64,000 nt of DNA. Source: Ostreococcus lucimarinus. Lineage: Eukaryota. Position numbers and translations under genes: made by a program. The stretch's first letter is position 1. Each line of letters begins with the position of its first letter. Below, one piece after another: positions 1-9,922 of the stretch. The DNA lies in assembly GCA_000092065.1 (NCBI GenBank), contig CP000590.1. The stretch is one strand, 5' to 3'. Under the pieces are notes generated by a model. The model ran no database searches. It was not told where the DNA came from and worked only from the letters and a program-made list of their open reading frames with translations.

Positions 1-548
1 AGCTATACAAAAGAAAGCGCCGACGCTGCGGCGTCGTGGGTGGACGTCGGCGAAGAGAATGGGTGAAAGAAGGACAGCTTCGCGTTGTTCTTGTGTACAA
101 AACGGTTATATAGCGGGTGCGTATTTCAATCCTCTTCGATCGTTTTTTTTTCGTTCCTTCGAGTCGCAGTCTTCTGTCAATCGACGATCGCAGTGATGAT
201 CATACCTTTACAAAGCTGGAATTACCAACTGAGGCTAGAATGATTTGGGGCGATGGAGCCCGGCCCTCTTACGCAGTGCAGAGCATAGGCAACTGAGCGA
301 TTTCAAAGACGGAAGACGACGGCGTGATTTTTCTCCCCCCTCGCCGCGGCGTCTTTTCGACCGACTGACATTTTTTTGTTTTCTTTCGTGTACCAACAGA
401 CGCGCGTTAGCGTCTTGTATTTAGCATCATTAGACGTAGCCAACTACTACCGTTTCGCTTCGCCGCGCCGAAGAAATCCGTAACCGCCCGCCCCGCGCCG
501 CACACCTCGCCGCCCGACGCCACTAACCCCCACCGATCGCGACGTTCG

Positions 549-1304
549 ATGTTCGCGTGCGCGTCCATCTCGCGCGCGAGCGCCGTCGCGTCCTTGACGC
601 CCGCGCGCGCCGCCGTCGACCGAAGTTCGACGAGATCCATCGGCGTCCACGCGCGCGCGTCCGGTGACGCCCCGTTGACGCACCTGCGCCCGTCCACCGC
701 GAATCGCGCGAATGAGATCGCGTTCGTAGCCGCGAAACCCGCGCCTGCGCCGCCGGTGAACAAGTTCCAGGAATTCGGTCGACAGTACTGGCCGGCGTTC
801 GCCGCGCTGGAGGGCGTGGCGCTCGTCGGCGCCACGGTGAACGGGATCATGTTGCGTAAACGGCGCGAAGAGATCGAGCGATTGAACGCGCAGATGCGAG
901 GAATCATGGCGAAATTGGACGAACGCGACAAAACGCTGACGAGCGAGGATGGAGATTCTGAGGCGAGCGAGGCGCTGAACGCGGCGAAATCCGCGCTGGC
1001 GAGCGACCACAACGACCGCGCCGCGGATTTATTCCTCAAGGCGATCGACGTCGCCACTCGCGCAGAAGACGGCGCGGCGGAGTTGAGTGCTCGCCGTGGC
1101 TACGCGATGGCGCTCGCCGCGCAGCGCAAGTTCGCCGACGCCGCGAGCACGCTCGAGGCGTATCTCCCGCGTTCCTCGGCTTTGAACCAGCGCGAAGGCG
1201 ACTCCGCCGTGTACGGTTTACTCGGGGACGTCTACACCGATCTCGGGGCGTTCGACAAGGCCGGCGCCGCCTACGACGCATGCATCAACGTCATGGACGA
1301 CTAG
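549..1304 (+). CDS. Putative plastid-targeted membrane protein: Ser/Ala/Arg-rich transit-peptide-like N-terminus, one TM helix (YWPAFAALEGVALVGATVNGIML), a coiled coil, and a C-terminal TPR-like region. The architecture resembles FLU-type proteins (tentative).
   Basis: A single ORF with good coding periodicity. The N-terminus is hydroxylated and basic, with no acidic residues for ~70 aa, followed by one hydrophobic helix. The C-terminal 120 aa are Ala/Leu/Tyr-rich helical repeats. The family call is by architecture only. Confidence 0.35.
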   Translation: MFACASISRASAVASLTPARAAVDRSSTRSIGVHARASGDAPLTHLRPSTANRANEIAFVAAKPAPAPPVNKFQEFGRQYWPAFAALEGVALVGATVNGIMLRKRREEIERLNAQMRGIMAKLDERDKTLTSEDGDSEASEALNAAKSALASDHNDRAADLFLKAIDVATRAEDGAAELSARRGYAMALAAQRKFADAASTLEAYLPRSSALNQREGDSAVYGLLGDVYTDLGAFDKAGAAYDACINVMDD

Positions 1305-1725
1305 CCCTTCCGCCCGCTTCCGCGTAGCCTTTCTTAGCCGACGCCTCGCCAGAGTTGCGAGCCGAAAAAAATCTTAAGTCTATCCACACAAGATATTTTT
1401 CTCCAGCCTTTGACCCGCGCGCGCGCGCCCCGCACAGCGACGCGCGCGCGTCTCGAGCGCGCATCGCGAAGCGACACTCGCGCGCACCGCAGCAGCGCGC
1501 GCGAGCGTCATGTCCGCCGCGCGCGCGCTCGCGTCGAGCGCGAACGCGAAGAATATTCAAACGTCCCGGAGGTCGTTATCATGCGCGCGCGAACGATCGC
1601 GCGCGGTGATGCGCGCGCGACGCGAACGCGCGGTCGAGAGCGGTGAAGTGTTGAATGTGAACGTCGTTGGGTCGGTGACGGGACGACGCGCGACGCGTGA
1701 GCGGCGTGGGGTGCGCGCGAGCGCG

Positions 1726-2850
1726 ATGATGGGCGACGGGGACAGAGGCGAGCGCGGCGAGCGGGACGACGGCGAGGAGGACGAGGAGGTTGGAGGTCGG
1801 CGACGGCGACGAAGGGCGAGTCGAGGGCTTAATAAAGATGCGTCGGCGCGCGATGAGAAAAAAGAAGGGAAGAAGAAGACGCAGACGATGGCGGCGGAGT
1901 CCAAGGGCGAAGCCGAGACGGAGGCGCCTAGCGACGCCGAAGGGGGGTCGACGGCGGATTTCATCGAAAATGTAGTCGTGGATGCTCGCGAAGAGAGCTT
2001 TGCGTTGAAGAAGAAACGCATGGAATTGATTATCGAAGAGAAAGAGTGGGATTTAGAGTCACCGACGTCGAGCGAGGATGAGAAAATGATCAAGCTTGTG
2101 GAGTACGTTAATGCGGTGGAGGCGTTCAAGGAGTTGTGCTCGAGCGAGGTGCCGAACACCGTGGGCGATTTGCTCGGGCAGTACGTGACTGTGTATCACT
2201 TGGATTGTGATTCTCCAGGGTACGACGAGGCGCTCGCGTTTCTCGGAATCGATCCGGACGAGGACGAAGATGAGGACGAGCGCGACATGGAGGCCTGGCG
2301 CCGCGCGACAGCAAGCTTTGACTCTGGGTCCATGGACGAGGACGACGACTCTGATGACGAAGACGAAGACGATGAAGGCGAATACACGATTGAGATTTCG
2401 TACGGTCGCGGGGACGATTTCGATCCGATCAAAGGCTTGCACTGCGCGCAAGACGTCGAAGGCAACTGGCGTTGGCTCGAGGATGATTTAGGGAGAACTC
2501 TGTCAATGAAACCATTCGGAGAATTCACGCCCAAGCTCATGTCGGTCGAGTACATGCTCAAGGTTGGTTTGAACGTCAACTCACTTCACGAAGAAGTCGA
2601 TCCACTCGAGCTTCTTAACTTTTCAGGGTGCAAGTCGTGGGAGGACACGCTGAGAGCGAGTCAAGAGGCGACAGCGGCATTGCGCCAACTCGAAGACGAT
2701 GGATGGAAGGTGGATACTCGGAGCTGGTGCAACGAGCAAGATCATCTCATCGTGGTGAAGGAGCTCGTGCCATTACGCACGATGTCATTCGTCGACGGGT
2801 CAGTCACGGAGGACGAAAACGAAGAGGGACAGGAGGACGAAGATCGTTAA
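1726..2850 (+). CDS. Hypothetical highly acidic protein (Asp/Glu-rich stretches, conserved-looking C-terminal globular part). The start is uncertain: ATG at 1726, alternative ATG at ~1887.
   Basis: Long ORF 1510..2850. The 5' part of that ORF is Arg-rich GC junk. The first ATGs are at 1726 and ~1887, and the body has a non-random composition (W, Y, K, N present). No family recognised. Confidence 0.4.
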   Translation: MMGDGDRGERGERDDGEEDEEVGGRRRRRRASRGLNKDASARDEKKEGKKKTQTMAAESKGEAETEAPSDAEGGSTADFIENVVVDAREESFALKKKRMELIIEEKEWDLESPTSSEDEKMIKLVEYVNAVEAFKELCSSEVPNTVGDLLGQYVTVYHLDCDSPGYDEALAFLGIDPDEDEDEDERDMEAWRRATASFDSGSMDEDDDSDDEDEDDEGEYTIEISYGRGDDFDPIKGLHCAQDVEGNWRWLEDDLGRTLSMKPFGEFTPKLMSVEYMLKVGLNVNSLHEEVDPLELLNFSGCKSWEDTLRASQEATAALRQLEDDGWKVDTRSWCNEQDHLIVVKELVPLRTMSFVDGSVTEDENEEGQEDEDR

Positions 2851-2955
2851 ACAAGTATCACCGCACGCAAGCACGCGCCGCACACGCATGTACCCAACTA
2901 TGTTGTAACGTAACTGAAGCGGCTGTATCAAATCTAAAATTACATTTTCAGTACA

Positions 2956-5900
2956 CTAGTACATAGCGTCTCGCTGAGACACCTTGAGGAGTACGAACGC
3001 CAACGCGAGATAGCACGACATGATGGTGAACAAAACCGTGATGTCGTGGGAAAATACCTCGTGCGTCGAGCCAAAACTAAAGAACTTCAGTACCTCTTTG
3101 CCATCCACGGGGACTTTGATGGGACCTTCTTGCGGAGGCGTATCGGTCGGTTTAGAATCGATTAGCTTCGGCGTAAAGTAAAATGTTCCAGCGTCGAGGA
3201 ACTCGTTTATCAAGAGCGCCTCGAATGCGTAGTTGACGAAGGATAAATCCTCGAGCCATGTCACCGCGACCGATCCGCCCGAATGAGGATCTTGCTTGTT
3301 CAGTAAGAATCCGCCGCACAGAATGGATATCAACAAGGCAAGAAGACCAATGACATTTGCGGAGGCGTTACTCGGACTGACGATACCGACACACATGCAC
3401 AGCGCCGACGCGGCGACATTGGTCATGATCAAAATCAACGCACAGCACAGTGCATTCGTCAGGTTGGCGTGCAAACCTACCATCCAATAGGTAATGAATG
3501 CAAACAATAGGGGAGGAGTGACGCGTAAAATCACGACATCGAAGAGGACGACGGCTGTGAAGTACGCATTGGTGCCGTACACACCGCTCGCTCGCTCGCG
3601 TCTGAACAGAATTTGATCCTCTTTCCATATCGGCAAAGAGGAGAGCGACATGAGCGTCAGATACAGAATGATGAAGAATAAACTGCCCATCCTATTTTGT
3701 ATCCCGCCCGTGTCTCGTCCACTGTTCCAAAAAATCAAGCCGAGTGCGATTGACATGCCTGCCGTAGACGCAAAGTGCAACATCAACAAAAACGGATGAC
3801 GAAAGGTCACTCTTGCGAGCCGTTGCCAAAGCAAGCACACTTGCTTGACGTACGGACTAACGTATTTCGGTACGATCAACGGTGGTTCATCGGAATCTTC
3901 GTATCGAATCGTCAAGGTGTCCGCGATGAGCAACGCGCTTTCGGCGACCTCGCTCTCGGTAAACGCTTGCACCATGCGCTTTACGTCCGAGCGGGGACTC
4001 TTCAGCACGACGTCCAGCATGTAGTCCGCGATGTGCAAGTCCGCGGAAGGCAAGCTGACGAACGACATGGAGTTGAAGTGCGCTGAAGCGAGTGCAGACG
4101 GACCAGAGTAAACAACGCTCCCGTCGCCACTCAGTACCAGGACGCGATCAAGCAGTCGGAAAATGTCTGGTCGTGGCTGGTGAATGCTCAGCAATACCGT
4201 CGTGCCCATCGCGCCGAGACCGGACAGGATATCCACTACCTTGGCGGCGTTCGTACTGTCCAGCCCAGTCGTGGGCTCGTCCAGGAACATAATGCCAGGG
4301 CTCATCAAAAGCTCCGTGGCGATGCTCACACGGCGCTTTTCTCCACCGGACAAGCCGCGCTGGAACTGGTCACCAATGAACGAGTCAGCGAGCTTCTCAA
4401 TGCCGAGAATCTGCATCGTCGAGTCCACGCAACGACAAATATCATCTAAAGGCGTTTCGGCTGGAAGCCGAAGTTTGGCGTGAAACAACAAGTGCTCGTA
4501 TACAGTTGCGTTACCTGGCAAAACATCGTCTTGGGTAACGTATCCGCTCAGGCGACGAATCTGAGATGACACCATGGGTTGTCCGTTTACACGAATGTCG
4601 CCGCGAATAACATGCGTGGATGGTGCTCGCCCTGCAAGAATATCCAACAGCGTCGTTTTCCCAGCACCCGATGGTCCAAGCATGGCGAATAAATCAGCAT
4701 GTTGCTCATGACAGGTGATCGAACCATCGCGCGACGTTCCTATGGAGTTCACTGGGCCAGCCACGCCCGTGACGTTCTTCAACACCCGGCGCCCAGACTT
4801 CAACGTGCACACTACGTCAACCCATGACAAGATGTACGGCTCGCGCGCATTGCCACTCTCGCTTAAAAGTGAAAGTGATAGATCTTCTTCATCAAGAGCG
4901 CTCGAAAACAATCCATTGCTTTCGGTATTGTCTAATACGAGACTGTCGGTTGGTTGATGTGCAAATCGCTCGCGCGCATCGGCAAAGTCATCCGCAACAT
5001 CTACTATTTGGGACGTGCCACTATTATTGTAACCATCCACCCTTCCATCGAACGAATCTGAGTCTTGCGCGGAGGTTTTTAGGAAGACGTAACAACCAAA
5101 TGCAAAGAGGAAGCCTTCGGCGATCAGAAACGTGACATCCCAGGGCGCGAGATACGGATGAAACCCGAACGTGAAAAGCACTTTCTCGCCGGGGACTGGA
5201 ATTTGCTTTGGAAGCTTCGGTCCGCTGGTGCCACTGGCGTTGCTCCAGCTTTGAGTAAGCGTGAATGTCAATGGATTGTCGACAAACTCGTTGACGACGA
5301 GCGCCTCGTAGCCGTGACTTATGAAACTCAAGTCGGCGATCCAGCGTGCATACCACGGAATGTGGTCTTTGTTCAGCAAGAACCCCCCAAAAAGAATCGC
5401 GAGTAAAAAGCACAGCGAAGCAACCATGTTCGCCGCAGATACGTTCCGATTCGCGGCGCCGACCGCCATGCACAAACACGTAGCGACGATGTTCGTCAGG
5501 ATCAACACGAAGACAAATTTCAACAGATTCAACTGACCACCCTCATTCAAACCGATCATACCGTACGAGAAGAATCCGAAGAAAAACGGAGGCAGGACAC
5601 GCATTGGTAGCAGATCGAATAATAGCATGCTCACGAAATATGCATCTGCGCTGTATACTCGACTCGCTCTTTCGCTCTTGAAGAGTAAACGATCCTCCTT
5701 CCAAACCGGCAGCGAAGACAATGACATTAATGTCAAAAAGAGCAAGATGAAGAATAAACTGCCCATCCTATTTTGGATACCTCCTTGATTTGTACCACTA
5801 TGCCAGAAAATCCCACCGACACCGCAAGCGACGACGAAAGACGAAATGAAGTGCACGTAAATCAAAAATGGATGCCGGTACATTTGCCGGAGCAACCGTC

Positions 5901-8151
5901 CACAAAGAAGCTTGACTTGCGTTCTAAACGTCGCTGTGTGCTTCTTATCGACGTCGTCGATTGCATCGCCGTCAATAGAGAGCAAGCTTGGGGAGACGCT
6001 GAATCTTTGTGCGCACAGCTCCGTGTGCGTAACTTTATTTGTAGCCTCTATGTCGCTCTCGGCAAACGCTTGCACCATGCGCTTTACGTCCGAGCGGGGA
6101 CTCTTCAGCACGACGTCCAGCATGTAGTCCGCGATGTGCAAGTCCGCGGAAGGCAAGCTGACGAACGACATGGAGTTGAAGTGCGCTGAAGCGAGTGCAG
6201 ACGGACCAGAGTAAACAACGCTCCCGTCGCCACTCAGTACCAGGACGCGATCAAGCAGTCGGAAAATGTCTGGTCGTGGCTGGTGAATGCTCAGCAATAC
6301 CGTCGTGCCCATCGCGCCGAGACCGGACAGGATATCCACTACCTTGGCGGCGTTCGTACTGTCCAGCCCAGTCGTGGGCTCGTCCAGGAACATAATGCCA
6401 GGGCTCATCAAAAGCTCCGTGGCGATGCTCACACGGCGCTTTTCTCCACCGGACAAGCCGCGCTGGAACTGGTCACCAATGAACGAGTCAGCGAGCTTCT
6501 CGATGCCGAGAATCTGCATTGTCGCTCGAACACGCTTGCGAATTGTACTTTGCCTTGTTTCGGCTGGAAGCCGAAGTTTGGCGTGAAACAACAAGTGCTC
6601 GTATACAGTCGCCGTTCCGGGCAACACGTCCTCGTCGATGACATATCCGCTTACCGCTCGCATATCTTCCACTGACGCGACTTTACCATTCATGAATATT
6701 TCACCAGCGCTGTCGTATACGTTGGAAGACAGTCGCCCGGACAGTCGATCGAGCAAGGTGGTTTTTCCAGCGCCGGAAGGTCCCATGAGCGCGCACATGC
6801 CGCCACGAACGTCGTCCATCCTTCCAGCCATGCCTGAAACGTCATTCAAAATACGTTTTCTCATGCCCTTCACCTCTACATACAGCCCACGCCACGTCAA
6901 TATCGTCGATGGTCCATCACGCGGTTGCATTGTCGATTCGAATCGCCGTACAGCTTCGATAGCTCCTCCCACCACGTCTTCGGTGTCTGCGTTCATGTCA
7001 ACGTCGTGTTCAAAGTACCGAAGACCGGCCTCAACTTTGACGTACGCCCAAGCGGCGCTCACTAAAACTAAAACAATCAATACCATCACGGCTCTTGTGA
7101 TCGTGTCCCCGGTCCAATACACAGGAGGGTCGAAATGGATCGGGCACGACCCGTCGCTGTCGACCATCTCGTACACGCAGCTCCCAGTGTGACACGTCAG
7201 CGCAAGCGTCGGAATGACGCCACTTTGTGTCCAATAACACACATTCGACCCGTCTTCACGAGTGCTATTCACACCGCACCAAAATTTCATCCCCTTGTTG
7301 CCTGGCGTCGACAGCGGATTGCAGGGATGTTGCCAGTACTTTTGCCCGGGGGCGTCTGGAATGCTCCCGCACCCAAAAGCGTTCCGCCCCGGGCACGGCT
7401 CCACCCAAGTTGGCGGACACGACACCACGCCCGCGCTACAATCATACACTGCACACGTCTCCGTCGCAGGCAACGGGTCTATGCACGACGTGATCGTTAA
7501 CGAACACTGCGTAAAGTTCCCGTCCCACACCGCTGGAGCCGCGTACTTGTACTTATCCGGCACATCCAAATTTTGATCCTGTCGCGGCATCCCCGCGTAC
7601 TCCACGACTTCAATTTTGTATTTCGACCGTCCATTCGACACCGTGCCCGGTAATACTCGCATATCGATCCTCGTCTTCGGCTGGAACTTGCAAAACGAAT
7701 CTGTCTTCGCGTCGCCGCCGCATCCGCACGAAAACGTCTTCCCGCCCGCTCCTCCCTCTACGTCCCCGATCGGTCTCAGCTCCTCTTCCGTCGGCGTCCA
7801 GCACTTCGACGTACACGCGCTCGCGCTTCTCAGGACGCCATTCACCTTTCTCTGTCCACACACCGATCGCGTCTGACACGCGTCGCACGTCGTCCCGCGC
7901 CAACCGTCGCCGCAACCAAGATTCGGATCCCCTTTCACCGCGCACGACGCGCAGTTCTCGGGATGCGGCGACGACGTTGCGATCGGCATCGTGCTTCGAG
8001 CGCACGGTGGCGACGTCGTCGCGATGGCGTTCGCGCACTGCGCGTGGGAGTCGGCTATCGAGTTGGCTTTTGCGCAGATTACCAGCGTCAATGCGGCGAC
8101 GAACGCGACGCGCACGACGCGCCGGCGCGCATTTCCGAGCGATGCGCGCAT
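2956..8151 (-). CDS. Full-size ABCG/PDR-type ABC transporter (NBD-TMD-NBD-TMD), 1731 aa, preceded by an N-terminal signal peptide, a ~330-aa cysteine-rich ectodomain and one TM helix.
   Basis: There are two Walker A motifs (GPSGAGKTTLLD twice), ABC signature LSGGEKRRVSIA twice, and two ABC-2-type membrane domains. The N-terminus MRASLGNARRRVVRVAFVAALTLVICAKA is signal-peptide-like and is followed by >40 Cys. ATG verified at 8149-8151 (cat on +). Confidence 0.85.
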   Translation of the reverse strand: MRASLGNARRRVVRVAFVAALTLVICAKANSIADSHAQCANAIATTSPPCARSTMPIATSSPHPENCASCAVKGDPNLGCGDGWRGTTCDACQTRSVCGQRKVNGVLRSASACTSKCWTPTEEELRPIGDVEGGAGGKTFSCGCGGDAKTDSFCKFQPKTRIDMRVLPGTVSNGRSKYKIEVVEYAGMPRQDQNLDVPDKYKYAAPAVWDGNFTQCSLTITSCIDPLPATETCAVYDCSAGVVSCPPTWVEPCPGRNAFGCGSIPDAPGQKYWQHPCNPLSTPGNKGMKFWCGVNSTREDGSNVCYWTQSGVIPTLALTCHTGSCVYEMVDSDGSCPIHFDPPVYWTGDTITRAVMVLIVLVLVSAAWAYVKVEAGLRYFEHDVDMNADTEDVVGGAIEAVRRFESTMQPRDGPSTILTWRGLYVEVKGMRKRILNDVSGMAGRMDDVRGGMCALMGPSGAGKTTLLDRLSGRLSSNVYDSAGEIFMNGKVASVEDMRAVSGYVIDEDVLPGTATVYEHLLFHAKLRLPAETRQSTIRKRVRATMQILGIEKLADSFIGDQFQRGLSGGEKRRVSIATELLMSPGIMFLDEPTTGLDSTNAAKVVDILSGLGAMGTTVLLSIHQPRPDIFRLLDRVLVLSGDGSVVYSGPSALASAHFNSMSFVSLPSADLHIADYMLDVVLKSPRSDVKRMVQAFAESDIEATNKVTHTELCAQRFSVSPSLLSIDGDAIDDVDKKHTATFRTQVKLLCGRLLRQMYRHPFLIYVHFISSFVVACGVGGIFWHSGTNQGGIQNRMGSLFFILLFLTLMSLSSLPVWKEDRLLFKSERASRVYSADAYFVSMLLFDLLPMRVLPPFFFGFFSYGMIGLNEGGQLNLLKFVFVLILTNIVATCLCMAVGAANRNVSAANMVASLCFLLAILFGGFLLNKDHIPWYARWIADLSFISHGYEALVVNEFVDNPLTFTLTQSWSNASGTSGPKLPKQIPVPGEKVLFTFGFHPYLAPWDVTFLIAEGFLFAFGCYVFLKTSAQDSDSFDGRVDGYNNSGTSQIVDVADDFADARERFAHQPTDSLVLDNTESNGLFSSALDEEDLSLSLLSESGNAREPYILSWVDVVCTLKSGRRVLKNVTGVAGPVNSIGTSRDGSITCHEQHADLFAMLGPSGAGKTTLLDILAGRAPSTHVIRGDIRVNGQPMVSSQIRRLSGYVTQDDVLPGNATVYEHLLFHAKLRLPAETPLDDICRCVDSTMQILGIEKLADSFIGDQFQRGLSGGEKRRVSIATELLMSPGIMFLDEPTTGLDSTNAAKVVDILSGLGAMGTTVLLSIHQPRPDIFRLLDRVLVLSGDGSVVYSGPSALASAHFNSMSFVSLPSADLHIADYMLDVVLKSPRSDVKRMVQAFTESEVAESALLIADTLTIRYEDSDEPPLIVPKYVSPYVKQVCLLWQRLARVTFRHPFLLMLHFASTAGMSIALGLIFWNSGRDTGGIQNRMGSLFFIILYLTLMSLSSLPIWKEDQILFRRERASGVYGTNAYFTAVVLFDVVILRVTPPLLFAFITYWMVGLHANLTNALCCALILIMTNVAASALCMCVGIVSPSNASANVIGLLALLISILCGGFLLNKQDPHSGGSVAVTWLEDLSFVNYAFEALLINEFLDAGTFYFTPKLIDSKPTDTPPQEGPIKVPVDGKEVLKFFSFGSTHEVFSHDITVLFTIMSCYLALAFVLLKVSQRDAMY
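3951..4416. repeat. Copy A of an intragenic near-identical duplication (NBD2 of the ABCG gene), ~466 bp, 2 mismatches vs copy B. A second identical 52-bp block lies at 4455..4506.
   Basis: Direct alignment of the sequence to 6054..6519 at a constant offset of 2103 bp. Identical ORF-track peptides (4092..4292 equals 6195..6395). Confidence 0.9.
6054..6519. repeat. Copy B of the intragenic duplication (NBD1 of the ABCG gene). The second block is at 6558..6609.
   Basis: Same as copy A. The flanking NBD sequence is only protein-level similar, not nucleotide-identical. Confidence 0.9.
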
Positions 8152-8313
8152 GTCGTCGCGCGACGAATCGCCGCGCGCGTCGTCGCGCGCGAACTCGCGA
8201 CGACGACGCGCGGTGAGGTGGACTCTGCGGTCGAGCTGGGAGATTCTACGGCGCCGCGCGCGCTATTGATATTGATACCGTGGTCTAAACATCCGTCTAC
8301 GGTGTCCGGGCGA

Positions 8314-9861
8314 TCAGTCGAAGCTGCACCCTTTGATGCAAGTTCTTATGGCTTTCGCTTTTTCTCTCTCCACGAGCACGACTTTCTCTTGAACCATGTA
8401 AGCCTTCGCTTGACCTCCGCCGTCGGGCATGACCCACATGGGTAACTGCACGGTCGGCACGTCTTGAAGTTTCGCATCTTCGGCTTTGACCCATTTGTAT
8501 TTCGGAGTGAAATCGGGCTTGCCTCCGATGTAGTGGCGAGTGCCGTGTTTGACGGTGGCGGCTTCGTACGAATCGACGACGCGGCGAAAGGTCTGGAGCG
8601 AACCGAAGTGGTGCTCGATGGCTGCGTTCAGCGCGGCGTCGGCGTAGGCGTACAGCGCGGCGTCGCGAGTGGTGACATTCTTGATGGTCACTTCGAGCGC
8701 TTCTTTGTCTACCTTATCCACGTTAGTGCCGGTGTTGGAGAAGACGTACCGCAAATCCCGCACGCCAGCTATTTTCCCTACGACGTGCAGAAATTCGTTG
8801 AAACGTTCGGTAGTCCCGACAACATCAAACTGCCCCACGAGCGCCTCGACCCGCGCCCACTTTTCATCGCTCACCGTGATGCAGTCTTTCGTCCACTTAT
8901 CGTTTTTCTCATACGTCGGCGCGCGCAAGTGATGGACGCACTCCTCCCACAACAGCTCGCGCGTTTGCATATCCTGTTTCGTCGCCGCCCACTCGTGCAA
9001 GCTACGCCCCCACACGTTCTTCGTTGACTCCCCCGCTTGTTCTTTCTTTATTTCTTCCTCCATGCCATCGTGCACGTAATATGCGTAGTAACTCGCGTAC
9101 TGATCAACGGGTTTCCGCACCAAGTAGGACGTCGTCACCGAACACGAATCCGCAAACTCTTCCTTCATCGCCAACACATCCTCAAACACCACATTCGCGA
9201 AGTTCTGCGCGTTCCAACTATTTGGATAGTGCCCTCTCACCTCCACGAGCGTTCTCGGTGGCACTGCACGCGTGCCATTCACGTACGCTCTCGCCGCGTC
9301 CGTCCACGCCGTCTTCAGCGCCTCCCACTCTTCCCGCGAAGCGCCGTACGGTATCGGATACTCCCACTCACCGAGCACCGTCTGCCTTTCGAACCAAAAC
9401 CGCACCGTCGTCCCACCCGTTTTACTGACGTGTCTAAATAAGTGCAGCGCGCACGGCTCATCGCTCTTCGCCGTCGCCGTCGCCGTCGTCGTCGCGTTCG
9501 AAGTCGTCGTCGCCGCCGTCGCGTCCCGCTCGCCGACGCTCGCCGACGCCGTCTCCAACTCTCGCGCCGTCTCCACCGATCCATCCGCGCTCGTCGCGCC
9601 GGCGTCATCGCGCGCGTTCGACGACTCGTGAATGCTCTGTTCGGCGACGTCGAGCGCGACCGGGGCGCGCCAGACGAGCTCTGGTTTGGCTACGAAGACG
9701 GTTGAAGTAATCTGCGTTCGCGAGCTCGGCTCGACCGAGTCGCCGTCATCGAACGATTGCCGCTCGGCGCGCCAGCGGTGCGCGGATACGACGACGAGAA
9801 CGGCCAGGACGAGCGCGGCCGCGGCGCGAAAGGCGGTGAACCATCGCGCGCTAGCGCTCAT
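8314..9861 (-). CDS. Type II membrane (Golgi-type) carbohydrate sulfotransferase-like protein (Sulfotransfer_2-like).
   Basis: N-terminal signal anchor (FRAAAALVLAVLVVVSA), a Ser/Thr/Ala-rich stem, and the HVSKTGGTT motif typical of the 5'-PAPS-binding loop of HS2ST/HS6ST/CHST-type sulfotransferases. Start trimmed to ATG at 9861 (MSASARW), which also removes an overlap with the next gene. Confidence 0.55.
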   Translation of the reverse strand: MSASARWFTAFRAAAALVLAVLVVVSAHRWRAERQSFDDGDSVEPSSRTQITSTVFVAKPELVWRAPVALDVAEQSIHESSNARDDAGATSADGSVETARELETASASVGERDATAATTTSNATTTATATAKSDEPCALHLFRHVSKTGGTTVRFWFERQTVLGEWEYPIPYGASREEWEALKTAWTDAARAYVNGTRAVPPRTLVEVRGHYPNSWNAQNFANVVFEDVLAMKEEFADSCSVTTSYLVRKPVDQYASYYAYYVHDGMEEEIKKEQAGESTKNVWGRSLHEWAATKQDMQTRELLWEECVHHLRAPTYEKNDKWTKDCITVSDEKWARVEALVGQFDVVGTTERFNEFLHVVGKIAGVRDLRYVFSNTGTNVDKVDKEALEVTIKNVTTRDAALYAYADAALNAAIEHHFGSLQTFRRVVDSYEAATVKHGTRHYIGGKPDFTPKYKWVKAEDAKLQDVPTVQLPMWVMPDGGGQAKAYMVQEKVVLVEREKAKAIRTCIKGCSFD

Positions 9862-9922
9862 GGCGCGTTGCGCTGTGAGGCGCTCGCGCGCGGCGACTAC
9901 GACTACGTTACACCGAGGAGCG

